From: Camelus dromedarius
Taxonomy: Eukaryota
Length of the DNA: 64,000 nt
Assembly: GCF_036321535.1 (NCBI RefSeq)
Contig: NC_087436.1
Coordinates: 11,470,001 to 11,534,000, forward strand
Reading direction: 5' to 3'
Both the position numbers and the translations under genes were made by a program. Positions within the stretch are counted from its first letter, which is position 1, and every line of letters starts with the position of its first letter. Shown in pieces: positions 12,701 through 25,386 of the stretch. The notes beneath the pieces were generated by a model. The model saw only the letters and a list, made by a program, of their open reading frames with translations, was not told where the DNA came from and did no database searches.

Positions 12701-15700
12701 GATGGGTGTCTATGACATGTTAAAATTAAAAGTTCTAAGTTGTTAAGTAGTAGTTCACCATGTTCTTGGATTGGAAGAATTAATATTGTTAAAATGGCCA
12801 TACTACCCAAAGCAATCTACAGATTTAATGCCATCCCTATTAAACTACCCAGGACATTTTTCACAGAACCAGAACAAGTAATCCTAAAATTTATATGGAA
12901 TCACAAAAACCCAGAAATGCCAAAGCAATACTGAAGAAAAAGAACAAAACTGGAGGAATAACCTTCCCAGACTTCACACAAAATTACAAAGCTACAGTAA
13001 TCAAAACAGCATGGTATTAGCACAAAAACAGACATACATTTGGATCAAAGGTACAGAATAGAGAGCCCCAAAATAAACCTACACACTTACGGTCAATTAA
13101 TCTTTGACAAAGGAGGCAAGAATATACAATGGAGAAAAGACATTCTCTTCAGCAAGTGGTGTTGGGAAAGTTGGATAGTCACATGTAAATCAATGAAGTC
13201 AGAACACTCTCACTCCATACACAAAAATAAACTCAAAATGGCTTGAAGACTTAAACATGAGACAAGACACCACAAAACTCCTAGAAAAGAACATAGGCAA
13301 AACATTCTCTGACGTAATTGTAGCAACCTTTTCCTAGATCAGTCTACCAAGGCAATGGAAATAAAAGTAAAAATAAACAAATGGGACCTATTTAAATTTA
13401 TAAACTTTTGCACAGCAAAGCAAACCATAAACAAACAAAAAGACAACCTATGGACTGGGAGAAGATATCTGCAAATGATGCAACTGTCAAGGGCTTAACT
13501 TCCAGAATATATAAACGTTTCATACAACTTAATAACAAAAAACAAACAATCCAATCAAAAAATAGGCAGAAGACCTGAAAAGACATTTTTCCAAAGAAGA
13601 CATATAGATGGCCATCAAGCACATGAAAACATGCTCTACATCACTAATTATCAGAGAAAAGCAAATCAAAACTACAATGAGCTATCAACTCAACCAGTCA
13701 GAATGGCCATCATTCAAAAGTCCATGAATGATAAATGCTGGAGAAGGTGTGGAGACAAGGGAACCCTCCTACACTGCTGGTGGGAATGTAGTTTGGTGCA
13801 GCCATTATGGAAAACAGTATGGAGATTCTTTAAAAAACTGAAAATAGACGTACACTATGATCCAGCAATCCCACACCTGGGCATATATCTGAGAAAACTC
13901 TAACTTGAAAAGATACATGCACCCTAATGTTCATAGCAGCACTATTTGCAATAGTCAGGACACAGAAGCAACCTAAATGTCCATCAATAGATGATTAGAT
14001 AAAGAAGATGTGGTATATATACATAAGGGATTATTCAGCCATAAAAAATAATGCCACTTGCAGCAATACGGGTGGACCTATCATACTAAGTGAAGTCACA
14101 CAGAGAAAGACAAATATATACCACTTATATGCAGAATCTAAAAAAAAATGACACCAATGAACTTATTTACAAAACAGAAATAGACTTGCAGACATAGAAA
14201 GCAAACTTATGGTTACCAAAGGGGAAAAGAGGGGAGGGATAAATTAGGAATTTGAGATCTGCAGATACAAAGTACTATATATAAAATAGATAAACAACAA
14301 GGTCCTACTGTACAGCCCAGGGAACTATATTTAATAGCTTATAATAACATAATGAAACAGAATATATATATCTATATATCTATAATTGATCCACTATGCT
14401 GTATACCAGAAACCAATACAACATTGTAAATCAACTATACTTCAATTAAAAAAAAAAAAAGCGCAAGTTCAAACTGTGGTCTCCAGATCAGTTAGAAATG
14501 CAAATGCTCGGGCCCCACCCCAGACACACAGAATCAAAATCTCTGGGGGGTGCAAGCAGCAATCTGTAGTTTAATAAGCCTGCCAGGGAGTCTGATGAAT
14601 GTTCAAGTCTGAGAAACACTGCTGTCGAGTAATAAATACCATATTATCCAATTTGTGGGGGAAGTGGGGGACATCCTTTTATGATATGTTAATCTTTTTG
14701 TACATACATGTATGAACTTAACAAATGACACGGAAAGAGATACAACAAACTGACCCGATTTATGAACTCAGGGAGAAGGGCTGAAGCAAAGAGAAGGGAA
14801 GATTATATCTTTGCGTACTTTGGTAATATTTCACTTGTTACAATAAGTATTATTCTGTACTTTAAAAAAAATCAAATAAAGAAAAATTTAAATGCTGTCA
14901 TTAGCATCCACCATCAAGCACCAATCTTATTATGTAATAAATCTTTTAAAAATACATGTGATTTTTCAAGAGCAGTAATATTTGCTATGGCAACTCAGGA
15001 TGCTGATCATCATAAAGTAAAAAGTGGAAAAGTCAATATATTCCCCCTACTGTAATATGCTGTACATTGAACCCAACTGATCCATTTTACGTAGAGTAGC
15101 ATATAAAGACATTCATTTTTATTGCTCTTTAACACTTAAGACTTTCTTAGTTCCAAAATTAGGACAATCACTCCCATAGTATCAAAGGCAGGCGATCTAA
15201 AATACAATGTTTTTTGTTAAAGTGATGTGTGTGTGTCATACACAAAGTATGTTATACAAAGTATACAAAAAGGAAGCAGAAAGGAAGCGTTTCAGGTGTA
15301 CCTGGGGATCAGGAAGGCATGGCAGAACCAGGCCACTTACTAGGTCTACACGCAGAAAGCAGGTGCACCTCTCAGTGTACTCGGTTCTGAGTTTAAGTCT
15401 CCCTCGGTGCACTTACTGGAGCAGCAGCTGGGGCAGACCCCCAGCCACACCCACCCACCTCATGAACACCCAAGGAGAATTTGCCCTCTTTCGATTTTTC
15501 ACATTGCAGCGAAGAACAAATGACTACAGCCCGCTAGTGCCCGAGATTGCAATAACTGAAATGGAGGAAACAGTGAACAGACATGGAGCAGAGCCACCAA
15601 AAAGCCTGCAAAACCATTCATACATGTGTTTTGCTTTGTTTTTATGATGCTGAATTTATGTATTTATTTATTTGTTTGCTTATTTTTATTGGAATATAAC

Positions 15701-18700
15701 TGACATATAACATTGTGTAACTTTCAAGTGTACACCGGGTTGATCTGAAACATTCATATACTGCTTTAGCCAGCACCTCTACCATGCCACATGATTACCA
15801 TCTCTTTTTTTGTGGTGAGAACAATTAAGATACCTAGTCTCCTAGCAACTTCGAATTTATAATACTTAAGTGTTGACTATAATCATTATGCTGTGCACTA
15901 GATCTCAAGGATTTATTCACCTAGTAGTCACTATATCTGTTTTGGAAAATCCCCAGGGATTTGTAATTTTGTCATATAAAACATGGGGCAACATCATACT
16001 TATTGTTCTGTAAACTGATTTCTCTGCTTCACATTATTTCCTAGGTGTATAGATAAATTGATAAACTTCTGTGTCAACATATATAGATTTATCTGTATCT
16101 TTTCTGTTTTTATGACTGAAAAAGTAATACATGAATAGGGTTAAACATTTGTTTTTTCAAATAGTCCAAAAAAGTAAACAGTAAAATATATTAGGTGTCC
16201 CTTCCACTGAGGCCCTCAGTGCAACTAGTATCCAAAGGGTCTTGTGAACGCGTCTGGAAATATTCCATTACAGAATAAAGGAATACATGTTAAGTTTCTA
16301 GTACCAATTCCAACGTGTTGGGGAGGCTGGGGGGGGGGGGACAATGCTCTGACACCAGCTGGGTGCACCACAATTCAACTCAATTCTGACACGATCTACC
16401 TGGAGACAGCATCAGATCCCAGGGGTTAAAAGCTCAGTCCCACAAGACTGCCCCCGCGTCTGATGCTAATTCCAAGTCCAAGTTGTTCCAGTGCTTCTTA
16501 CCAACCAGTTACAAACCAAAGGTTCCCACCAACTCCTCCCTGGGTTCAATTCATTTACTATAGCAGCTCACAGAACTCAGGAAACTTGTTTACTCACTAG
16601 ATCACCAGCTTTGTACGAAGAATATTAAAGACTACAAATCAACAGCCTGATGAAGAGTGCGTTGGGCCACGTCCCAAACACAGGAGCTTCTGTCCTAGTG
16701 GAGTTTGGGGCCCGGCAGGGCAGTTCACAACAAGGGCTCTGGCTCCCCACCCCGCACTCTCTGAACCCCTCCTTTTGGGACTTTATGGAGGTCTCACTAC
16801 ACAGGCCCGGTTGATTAAATCACTGATCACTGGTGGTTGATCCAATCTCCAGACCCTGTCCCCTCCTCAGAGGTCAGGGGGTGGGGCTGAAAGTTGCAAT
16901 CCTCTATTTCTAGTTGGTTCCCCAGGCAACCAGCCCCCACCCTTAGGTGCTGTTCAAAGTCACCTCATTAACATGAACCCAGCAGTGGTGGGGAGGGGTT
17001 GTTATAAATATCATGACACCCATTTCACCTCTGACTCTGAAAGGATTTCAGGAACTGAGAACCAGAGACCAAAAAATATAACAAAAGATGCTCCCATTGT
17101 TCTTATCCCTCAGGAAATTCCAAGGGCTTTGGGAGCTATGAGCTGGGAACCACGGACATTCCCGGACAAAGACCAAACCAATATGAGAACTATATTTCAG
17201 TCATCTGAATTTCCAAATCTATGTCTCATAGTCACAATATCACCCATGCAAACAACAGCCCTCTTGACTCCCTTTTAAAATGCGCACACCACTGCGAACT
17301 ACATTTTTTTCCATTCAACAATGCAATTGTGAAGGCTAGTCTCAATATATACACAGCCACCCCAGGTTTCTAAGTTTCTCTTTCAACGCTGCATACGCAT
17401 TCCTTCATGTGGATGGGATGTACAGAGCATCCTCTGGATGGTGGTAGTCTGCAGTTTCCTCACATCACAGACGGCACTGCTGTCATAAACAGTGTCCTCA
17501 CATGTGCACAGGTGTGTCTACAATAAATTCTTTGAAGTCGAGATTTGAGTAAAACAACATGCACACTTTAAGTGCTGATAGATATAGCCAAACTGCTCTC
17601 TGAAGAGCTTACACGTTTTTTTTAAAAACGTCACCTCTGGATGGATCACTTTCTTCCAACCAACTTACATGTATTAGCAAGAGAAGGTTTGCTATGATGA
17701 CTGTAGGAAGAGGGTGGAATCTGGGTCTAAAATGAGCATGTAACGAGTGATGGGGGAGATGCTGGATGTCCAGGAGGGGGTCATCTTCGATGCTTTGGAT
17801 GAGATCCAAGGAACCCTGGGTGCAGAAAAAAGGAAGCAAGCTGTAATCACCACTTTTTGGATTATGTCTCCCAGCCAAATCTACTAAACTGTAAAATTTC
17901 AAAATCCATTACACAAATAGAGGCAAGAAAACCCACTCCCTACCTAAAGCCAATTTTGAAGAACTACCATGAGCCTCTTGATGACTACTGCATACAAACT
18001 GGTAAAAACAACAATTATTAAAATAGGTCGAGGAAATCTTAATTCATTTGTCTTCAAATACACAAGATTAAAGCAAGTAATTTTCTTCAAGGCCTCAAAA
18101 CTTACATATTGATTTAATTAACATTTTTATATTATTGATAAAATAATTACATATGATGGCAATTCTTAAACGGTATCTCGGCGTTCCACAAAATTTTGGA
18201 AAGTTGGTGGAGTCTTTTTTAAGAGGTCTTAGAACAAACTTTCAGGTATGACGGAAGTGTTGTGGAGTACTAATAGAAACAGACCCCCCTGATAGACTTC
18301 AGAGTGTAGATAACAGCTTCTCAATGGAAACAACTAGCTGCAATGTCACTGAAGTAGCCAGAAAGGCTGAGCTGCAACCGAAAAATCTAGTGAGTTGTGT
18401 TTAAAGGTACTGTCTTGACAGGAAGAGTGCTTCAGGTCTCTGGTGCACGTGACAATCTCTCAATCTCAGATCCCTACTGAAAACTATTATATACAAGGCA
18501 CTGTTCCTGAGACAAAGGAAAATAAGACACAGTCAAAAGGAGATGACATTTGCATCAGAGAGGTTAGGGATAAAGGCGTGCATGACTGAATAACACAAGA
18601 CTACACAGCAGAATACAGTGAATGGAATACTGCGGGGAAGCACATGATAAATTAGCGAGTGATCAGCACAGAGGACACAACCAATTTAGGTTAGCTAACT

Positions 18701-21700
18701 GCACTAGAATGAGAGGGAAGTGAAGACTTGGTGGGAAAAGGGAAGCCTGAGAACAGGATGTGGAGTCAGAGGATAAGGGCTCCTCACTTGGGAAGGGGGA
18801 CCAGTGGTGTTAAGGATGGGCTGCGGGGCACCAGGATTTAAAGATAACACAGCAATCTGGGGCATGACCAGATCTGGGTGGGCTTCTCAATTTCCACTTG
18901 CAGCCATTCAACGCTGCTGCAGTTTTTTTATTCAATGCCTGGATAGCTTCCTGTTCAGTCTGCTGTGACTGTTCCAGACTGTTCCCTTCCAGACTCCCCT
19001 GCCTCTAGCTTTCTCAGTTAGGAGCTGTGCTGCCTCCGTGGCTTGTGCACCCCTCGAGGCTGTCCCTCCAGTTGAGGCAGCTCCCACAGGTAGCCTTCCC
19101 TAGCACCCAAGCATCTGGATCTCCCCTACGGCCCCTGCCACCTGCGGCCCATGTCTTCCCAAGCATTTTGCGCTCACCTCCACAATCATATTGTCTTATC
19201 TGTCTTCCCCACAAGATCACGTCACAGGATCCACTAACTCCCCACTTCTTCACCTTTGCAATCCTAGCACCCGACAGGGACTCATGATTGGCACTCAGCC
19301 AACATGGGATGAATGAACAGATGCTGCAGACCTGTCCTTGCCTTCCTCTAACTCAGCTAGGATATCAGCAAAGATCTGGGCTAATCAGAGAGATTATCAA
19401 GCACCGTGGGGAGAAACCACTCTGACCAGAGGCAGTAAGTGCTGTGCTTAACGGTGGGCTCCCCCGATGAGCAGCCTGGGTTCAAACATAAGTGCTTCGA
19501 GCTGTGGGCAAGCCTCCCACCTCTCCGCCTCAGCGCCCCCACCTGTACAAAGGAGGGAGCAGCACCTGCTTCCCAGCTTTGCTGGGAAGACAAAGGCATC
19601 AGTGAACATAAAAGTGCTTGGCACACTGCCTGGCACGGAGCAAAGGTCACTAAGTATCAGCCCTGGCGTCCGCTAACTCTCGCTTTCCTTTGTTCCCCAA
19701 GCAGCCTTCATTACCATTCTAACTGCTAGATCTGCTCTTTTCTTTCTGTTCTCACCACCTCAGTCCAGGCCCTAGTGGCAGGTCTCGTGGCCTTTACTAG
19801 GACCCTCCCATCTCCAGACCTTCGTGACCTTTCTCACTGGAGCCAGAGTTCTTCCAAAATGAACACTCAAGTTTCTCTCCCCCTATACCTTGGCTTCCTC
19901 CCCATTATCCTCAGGACCGAGTCCGAATTCTTAGTCCGGCTGTCTGCCTTACAGTCCCGTCCCAAGCAACTTGTCTGGATCGGCCTCTCACCGCCTCTCT
20001 CCACCTGATGCTGACTGTTCAGTTTCAGTCTGTCCAGAAACCCTCCGAATCCCTGGGCCTCTTCACCTGTCAAAGGTTTGTTTCAGTAAAAATGCTGCCT
20101 CCTCTGATGCCTCCACACTGTTCCTACTGCCTTTGTCCCCTGGCGTTGTAGTTTTCATTTCTACAAGTTTGAGTGGGTCTATTTTATATCTCCTGTGTGT
20201 CTTTTTAACCTTTGGATCATATAGGAAAGAGTTGTAATCTTTTAATGTCCTGGTTTGCTATTCCTAGCACATCATTTTTGAATCAGTTTTAATTGACTCA
20301 TTATGTGTCATATTCCGCTGTCTCTTTGCGTGCCGTGATCATTTTTTTCCCACTTTGTTGAGATATAATTGACATGTCACGCTGTATAAGTTAAAGGTGT
20401 ACCATGAGTTGATTTGATACACTTATATGTTGCAAAATGATGACCACCAGCATTAGCTGTTACCAGCATTAGCTAATACCTCCATCATATCACGTAATTA
20501 CAGAAGCCTAGTAATTTTGGATTGGATGCCAGACATTGCAAAATTTACCCCTCTGAGTGCTGGACGTATTTGTATTCCTGTAAATATTCTTGAGCTTTGT
20601 TCTGGGATTTAGTTCAGTCATTTGAAACAGTTTGATCTTTCTGGTCTTTCTTTTAAGGTGCTCTGTAGGTGGGGCCATACCATGTTTGGCCTGATGCTAA
20701 TTATTCCCCACAAGTGAGGCATGACTTTTCTGAACACTCTACCTAGTACCGTGTGATTACGAGGCTTCCTGTCAGGCTGGTAGCACAGGTACTATTCCTG
20801 GCCCTGCTCCTTCTAATCCTTCCAGGTGGTTCTCTGCCAGTCCTCAGAGAGTTTCCTTGGAAGAAAGCAGATCAGGACTCAGCTGGACACGTGCGGGGAC
20901 TCTGCATCTCTCCTGAGCTCTCCTTCTGCACAGCGCTCTGCTCTCTGGGCCCTATGTCCTGTGAAGTCCAGCTGCCTCCATCTCCCCAGATTCAGCTGCA
21001 CCTCCCTCAACTCTGGGTCTCCTAAAGCCCCGCCTGGTCCCCCTTCCTCAGTCACAGCCCCCAAGCTCTCTCAAGGCAGTGAGCTGGGGCAAGCACAGGG
21101 CTCACAACACTTGTTCCCCATCCCTCAGAGACCATGGTCCTTCACTATCTGATGTCCACTATCGCAAAAATTGACAATTCATACATTATATACTGGTTTT
21201 GGGTTCTTTGAGGCAGGATCCTTCATGTTGGCCAGGAAAAGAAGTCCCCACTACTCTCTTACACTATTATAACTCACAGTCCTAAGCACGAGGTATCCCA
21301 GCGATTGGGATGAGATATGCCTCAGAAGGGCAGGACTCTGCATTATGCCATGTTCTTTGTACCCTTAGTGCCTGATACACAGCAGGTGCTCAATATGTGT
21401 GTTGAGTATTCACTCAACTCTTTTGAAAGATGGCCCAACTTCCTGAACAGTTGGGATCTGGAAATTTTTTAAAAAGGTAGTACCTTGACTCTAAGACAAT
21501 AGTCCACCTTATCTCCCACGAGGTCCCCTTCATGCAACTTCTCCTCCAGCCAAAATGAGCTTTCTGGATTGCTCCACAAATATCCTCTCTTCTCTTTTTC
21601 AGAATCCAACTCATCATTCAAGGTCCAATCAAGACTTATGGTCTCTACAAAACTTGTCCTGCCAAGTGTTTTCTTTCTACATTTAAAACTCCTATAAAAC

Positions 21701-23754
21701 GTAATACCTGTAATATTAATTTGGACCATTAGTCATGCTGCCTTGTATTGTTTCCTTTATGAGCAGGCCTTTTGTTTTCCCTGACTGCACTGAAGGGGTT
21801 GGGAGCAATACAGTTTCTCCTCTATGTCACTTATTCACTTTTCAAGAAATACAATGTATTTGGTGGCTATATCAAATACACTGTCCTCTGGATCCTAAAG
21901 GAAATGTAGGAAAACCATGCAAACAGCACCCTGCACCCTGTCACTCTCTGTAACTCGCCATCTGCAAGTGACAGGTGAAGGGAAGATGACCCTGAGCCAA
22001 TCTCTTCATTCCCACGATTAATAAGTACATCGCTACCTGGAGAAGATAGATGTCTGTTTTTGGCCCACACCATCTCTTCCCTCTTCTTTTATGACAATAC
22101 TTCTGCCTCCTTTGGGGACCCAATGTCTACCTCTGCATTATGTCTCAAGGGGATCATCCTTTGATGCTCCTCACCTTCCTCGGGCCTAGGGGTGGTCATG
22201 GAACCAAAGAGGGCGGGGCCAATCCAACTGTCTCTGGGAGCAGCAAAGGGAGGGAGGCCGTGACTGAGGGAGCCCCATCCCACCACAGACACTGAAAGAA
22301 TTCCAGTCACTGGATCTGCTGAGCTGCCCTTGTTTGGGTCCTTTCAGAGGCTTAGGTGTTCATCTACCCTATATCCTTTGGAATAAATCTCTTTCTTCCT
22401 TAAAGTAGCCTGAGTTGGTTTGCCCGCTTGCAAGCAAGGAACCCTAACAAAAAACCTTTGCCTCTTTTAACTCATTTAAGTGTCTGGGCCTAAGACATGG
22501 TTTTTAGCCTTTTACTTCGTGGTAGAAATCATACCCACAAAAATACCAAAAGCAAGCAACTTACTCAGATCTAAAGTGATTTAGTTATGTAGTTGTTGGT
22601 GAAACATTACTCTCCAATTGTGTGGTGAAACAAATTTCTAGGATTGTACTCATCCTAAAGCTAAAAGCTACAGATCCAAGAACCCGAGGCAGCTTAGCCC
22701 TAACCAAAAATTTTTCCAAGAGTCTCATGTTCCTCTCAGATACTCATTTTCTCCATACATTGTCAGCTCCTGAATCTCACCCTTAAAAATTTAGAAAAAA
22801 ATCCATTTTTCTTTAAATATGTACAAGTCTTAAATCTACTTTCAGGGCTTACAGTTACTTTCCATTTTCTCAACTGAAAAAATAAAATTCTTTAGTTTTA
22901 TCATTAGAAATTGGTCACTATTTGCACAAGGATCTAAAGTCTTGTAGGACTGGAACTGTGTTTCATGTGCCTTGCCCGATGCACTTCACTCAGTGCTAAG
23001 ATTACAGTAATATTTCTATTACTTCATTAACCCAAATTAGTGCTTTAATATAACTGTCAACATTGCATTTCTTCTAGGCAAGAATTTATTTCGTGTCAAT
23101 GGGCAACCCAGTTAATTCTGAGCACAAACACATGCTTCCTCTAAACAATGTTTTAATGCACTTAAGCAAAGATTTTTCTAACTACCCTTCACTCCCATAT
23201 ACACTATATCCACTGTAACTAGGGCACTGGTTTCTTAGCAATTTGGTTTGGATCCATTAAAGGAAGGAGATTTAAAAATCCCTTCATTCCTACCATGACT
23301 CGATTCAAAACATCACGACACTGTTTATATCCAGTGAGGGTTTCCGGGCGATGACAGGGACAGGTCTACCCAGGAAGCCGCTGCCGCTCCAGTTCATAGC
23401 CCTCAGGGCCAAGCCCCGGGTCCACGAAGAGCGGGACGTCCTGCGTCCCAGCGGCCAGACGCCCCACATGCGAACCGCGGGCCGCCCCAGTTCCGGGACC
23501 CGACAAACGCCCGCATGGGGCTAGGCGACCGCCCGGCCTCCGCTAGGAAAACAACCCCAGGGCCGGCGCGGCGCGGACCCCGCCGCCTCCCGGGTGCTTC
23601 CTCCCACGACCCCGCGCCCCGGCAGCACGGCGCAGGAGGCGCCCCTCGGGCCAAGGCTGTCCCCACCCCCGTCTCCGCCCAGCGCGCCCAGCTCCGGAAT
23701 TGGGGATCCGGGCCGGCCGCCCGCCATCTGCATCTGCGCACTCACGTCCTCCAT
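3597..23754 (-). CDS. TMEM192: Transmembrane protein 192 (lysosomal/late endosomal), spliced CDS complement(join(3597..3735,4028..4130,9330..9464,11712..11976,17669..17815,23746..23754)), 798 nt, 265 aa
   Basis: Six exons with GT-AG introns and compatible phases join into one ORF ([18 protein letters not shown]...[12 protein letters not shown]...[23 protein letters not shown]...[20 protein letters not shown]) matching the mammalian TMEM192 sequence as I recall it. Confidence 0.97.
4028..4130 (-). CDS. TMEM192: TMEM192 exon 5 (103 nt)
   Basis: ttttag/TG AAA...TTC AG/gtaagt; [35 protein letters not shown]. Confidence 0.96.
4420..4730 (+). mobile_element. MaLR LTR (MLT1A/B-like), degenerate
   Basis: ggccacgtgaggacacagcaagaa...gccaagccagaggcctc...ccttgatctc...ccagcttccagaac motifs typical of MLT1. 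Confidence 0.7.
5060..5620 (-). mobile_element. Old L1M 3' fragment
   Basis: Degenerate match to the antisense L1MB/MC 3' end. Confidence 0.6.
6072..6535 (+). mobile_element. 5'-truncated LINE-1 3' end
   Basis: [11 protein letters not shown] motif, 3'UTR, AATAAA tail. Confidence 0.9.
7056..7183 (-). mobile_element. tRNA-Ala-derived camelid SINE (Vic-1-like)
   Basis: Reverse complement of ggggagggtatagctcag..gagcacgtgct..gttcaatccccagta plus cctaattacctcccc tail. Confidence 0.9.
7655..8491 (+). mobile_element. LINE-1 3' end (older L1MA-like)
   Basis: ORF2 end and 3'UTR ending in tacctcaataaaaaaaaa. Confidence 0.9.
9330..9464 (-). CDS. TMEM192: TMEM192 exon 4 (135 nt)
   Basis: cccgcag/GC AAC...ACA G/gtgaga; [45 protein letters not shown]. 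Confidence 0.96.
9485..9526. repeat. Degenerate (GGTGCG)n hexamer repeat, 7 units, next to the exon 4 acceptor
   Basis: ggtgcg ggtgcg ggtgct ggtgcg ggtgtg ggtgtc agtgtc. Confidence 0.85.
10961..11498 (+). mobile_element. ERV1 solo LTR (MER34-like) in TMEM192 intron 3
   Basis: TG...CA ends, 4-bp TSD acaa/ataa, MER34-type gcctctttggcattaggattatttt and cagccaagaacctagaagggtaga motifs. Confidence 0.85.
11712..11976 (-). CDS. TMEM192: TMEM192 exon 3 (265 nt)
   Basis: ccaccag/GTT GTG...ACT G/gtaagc; [88 protein letters not shown]. Confidence 0.97.
12757..14460 (+). mobile_element. LINE-1 3' 1.7 kb (disrupted ORF2 and 3'UTR)
   Basis: [31 protein letters not shown] and later ORF2 motifs; poly(A) ends at 14460. 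Confidence 0.95.
14465..14622. mobile_element. MER5A hAT-Charlie DNA transposon
   Basis: gttagaaatgcaaat..gggccccaccc..aatctgt..tttaataagc..gtctgagaaacactg. Confidence 0.8.
16316..17245. mobile_element. MER21-like LTR
   Basis: gacaccagctgggtg..caattcaactcaattctgacac..gctcagtcccacaagactgcccc..caggaaattccaaggg. Confidence 0.8.
17669..17815 (-). CDS. TMEM192: TMEM192 exon 2 (147 nt)
   Basis: cccag/GGT TCC...ATA CAT/gtaagt; [49 protein letters not shown]. Confidence 0.96.
19430..19660 (+). mobile_element. MIR SINE, degenerate
   Basis: gcctgggttcaaa..tgggcaag..acctctccgcctcag..cctgtacaaa..taaaagtgcttggcacactgcctggcac. Confidence 0.7.
22120..22450 (+). mobile_element. Old MaLR (MLT1) LTR fragment
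   Basis: 3' end aataaatctctttcttccttaaagtagcctgagttggttt..cttgcaa..ccctaac. Confidence 0.6.
23746..23754 (-). CDS. TMEM192: TMEM192 exon 1 coding part (MED)
   Basis: GGCAGT-ATG-GAG-GAC followed by a GTGAGT donor, inside the CpG island; strong Kozak context (A at -3, G at +4). Confidence 0.88.
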
Positions 23755-23759
23755 ACTGC

Positions 23760-23801
23760 CCGCCGCCGGAGGCCGCAGCCCCGCCGCCCGAGGCCGCAGC
23801 C
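23760..23801. repeat. 21-bp tandem duplication just upstream of the TMEM192 ATG
   Basis: ccgccgccggaggccgcagcc / ccgccgcccgaggccgcagcc (1 mismatch). Confidence 0.9.
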
Positions 23802-24749
23802 GGGCAGCCCGGCCTCCGCACCTGCGCCTCGCGCCGCCTTCCGGAACCCGCCCCAGGGCCCGCCCCTCCCTGCCGATTAGCCGAGGCGCAGAGGACGGGC
23901 CCCGCGGCCCGAGGCCTTCCTGGCCCCTCCGCCTCGCTTCTATTAGCCGATGCAGAGGGGGCGGCCCCGACACCTCGCTCCCGATTGGTCTATGCGGAAG
24001 GGGCGTGCCTCTTCCTGAAGACCAGCCTAGGGCCTCCGCTGCGGCTAGGACGGTCTGTGTTTCTGGGAGACCCCGCAACCTCCCCTTGCGTTCCAGGTTG
24101 GCGGAGATTTTGGCACTAAAGGATGCGTTCCAAGTCCAAGAACTGAAATATTTTTAGTAGCCACTTGCTGCTTTGTAAAACATTAACTTTTCTCCGTCTT
24201 ACTTAATTTTTGTTTGCAGCATTGCCCCATGCATAGAATCAGCGATAGAATCCTAGGTTCCCATTTATCGCTCAAAACACGAACAGAAGAAAGACTAATT
24301 TCTATGAGTATTTACAGATTCCACCAGTGGGACATGAGGCAATAAGAAATGTTTAGGACTTTTAAAAAATGGAACTACATTTTTATAACATTTTCTGAAA
24401 ATACATGATCGTTGTGAAAATGTAAGTAAAATTTTCTGTTAATACTAATCCCCATAGGTAATGCTGATACTAGAATACATGAATACATACACTTCCATAC
24501 TTTTAATGCGTATTTGTACATTGTATACGGTGTAATCTTGTTCGTACCGTTGGTGAAATAAAATCGTTTAAATACCAGCAAAAGAGAAGATGCTGTAAGA
24601 CTCCACCTGATCTTTAAAATCTCATGAAATTTTTAAATCTTTAAAATATCCTGAGGTTATATGAATTATTTCTTAAGAGCTTTGTCTAAACATGCATTTC
24701 CCCTCAACATTTTCTTTTTAAAATTTTCAAACCTATGGAAATGTAGAAA

Positions 24750-25386
24750 TGTTAGAGCAGGCAGATATCTAGCTAGTTATGAACAGAGAAAGGAGAGGAC
24801 ACAGACCAAACGGCAAGAATTGGGCAGAAAGAGAGACACAGGCCAAATGCAGGAAACTATACACCATGTAAGCACAAGGGGTCCCTAAGCAGAGAAGGAA
24901 AAGCAGGAACCTCTGGACTGATAAGTGGTCACACCTTTGGGGGTGATACACAGCCTGGAGGCCAGCAAATAAAGGTGAGAAAAGGCAGGTGTCCAAATGT
25001 ACCCTTCTGCTCATTACAATAAAATTAGCCTTGCAGATAAGAAGTACCCATTATGCACTGATGCCATGACACTTCTGATCCAGACTAAATAAGGACAAAA
25101 ATCCCTCCTCTCTTTGGAAAGGTGAAGTTGGGATAAAAATCAGGAAATACGATCCCAAACCCTTCCTTCCCTAATGAATATTCTGCCCATTCATTTTTAC
25201 ACTCTATGTAACCAACTTGCCAAAGAAACTCAGGGCAGCCGCTTACCTGCCCGCTTTCCCCTTGGGTGTGCACTATCCATCCTTTAATAAATCCTCACTT
25301 TACTTCTGTTAACAACTGTGTCTTGTCTCTAAATTCTTTCTGGGATGGGAAAGAACCTGGAACACCAGTTACATCTACCAGCAACA
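24750..25386 (+). mobile_element. ERV1-class solo LTR about 0.7 kb upstream of the TMEM192 CpG island
   Basis: TGTT...AACA termini, perfect 4-bp TSD GAAA (24746..24749 / 25387..25390), internal AATAAA. Confidence 0.88.

Larger units (their letters stand above)
23340..24110. promoter_or_regulatory. CpG island / TATA-less promoter of TMEM192
   Basis: Very GC- and CpG-rich and spans exon 1; GC boxes (CCGCCC about 23848, 23860), ETS-type TTCCGGAA about 23839, minus-strand CCAAT at about 23984 and two CTAAT variants (about 23876, 23942). Confidence 0.92.

Noticed and set aside
23403..24157. Overlapping 90-190 aa Pro/Arg/Ala-rich ORFs on both strands
   Set aside because: Expected from stop-codon scarcity in a CpG island; only the MED codons are supported
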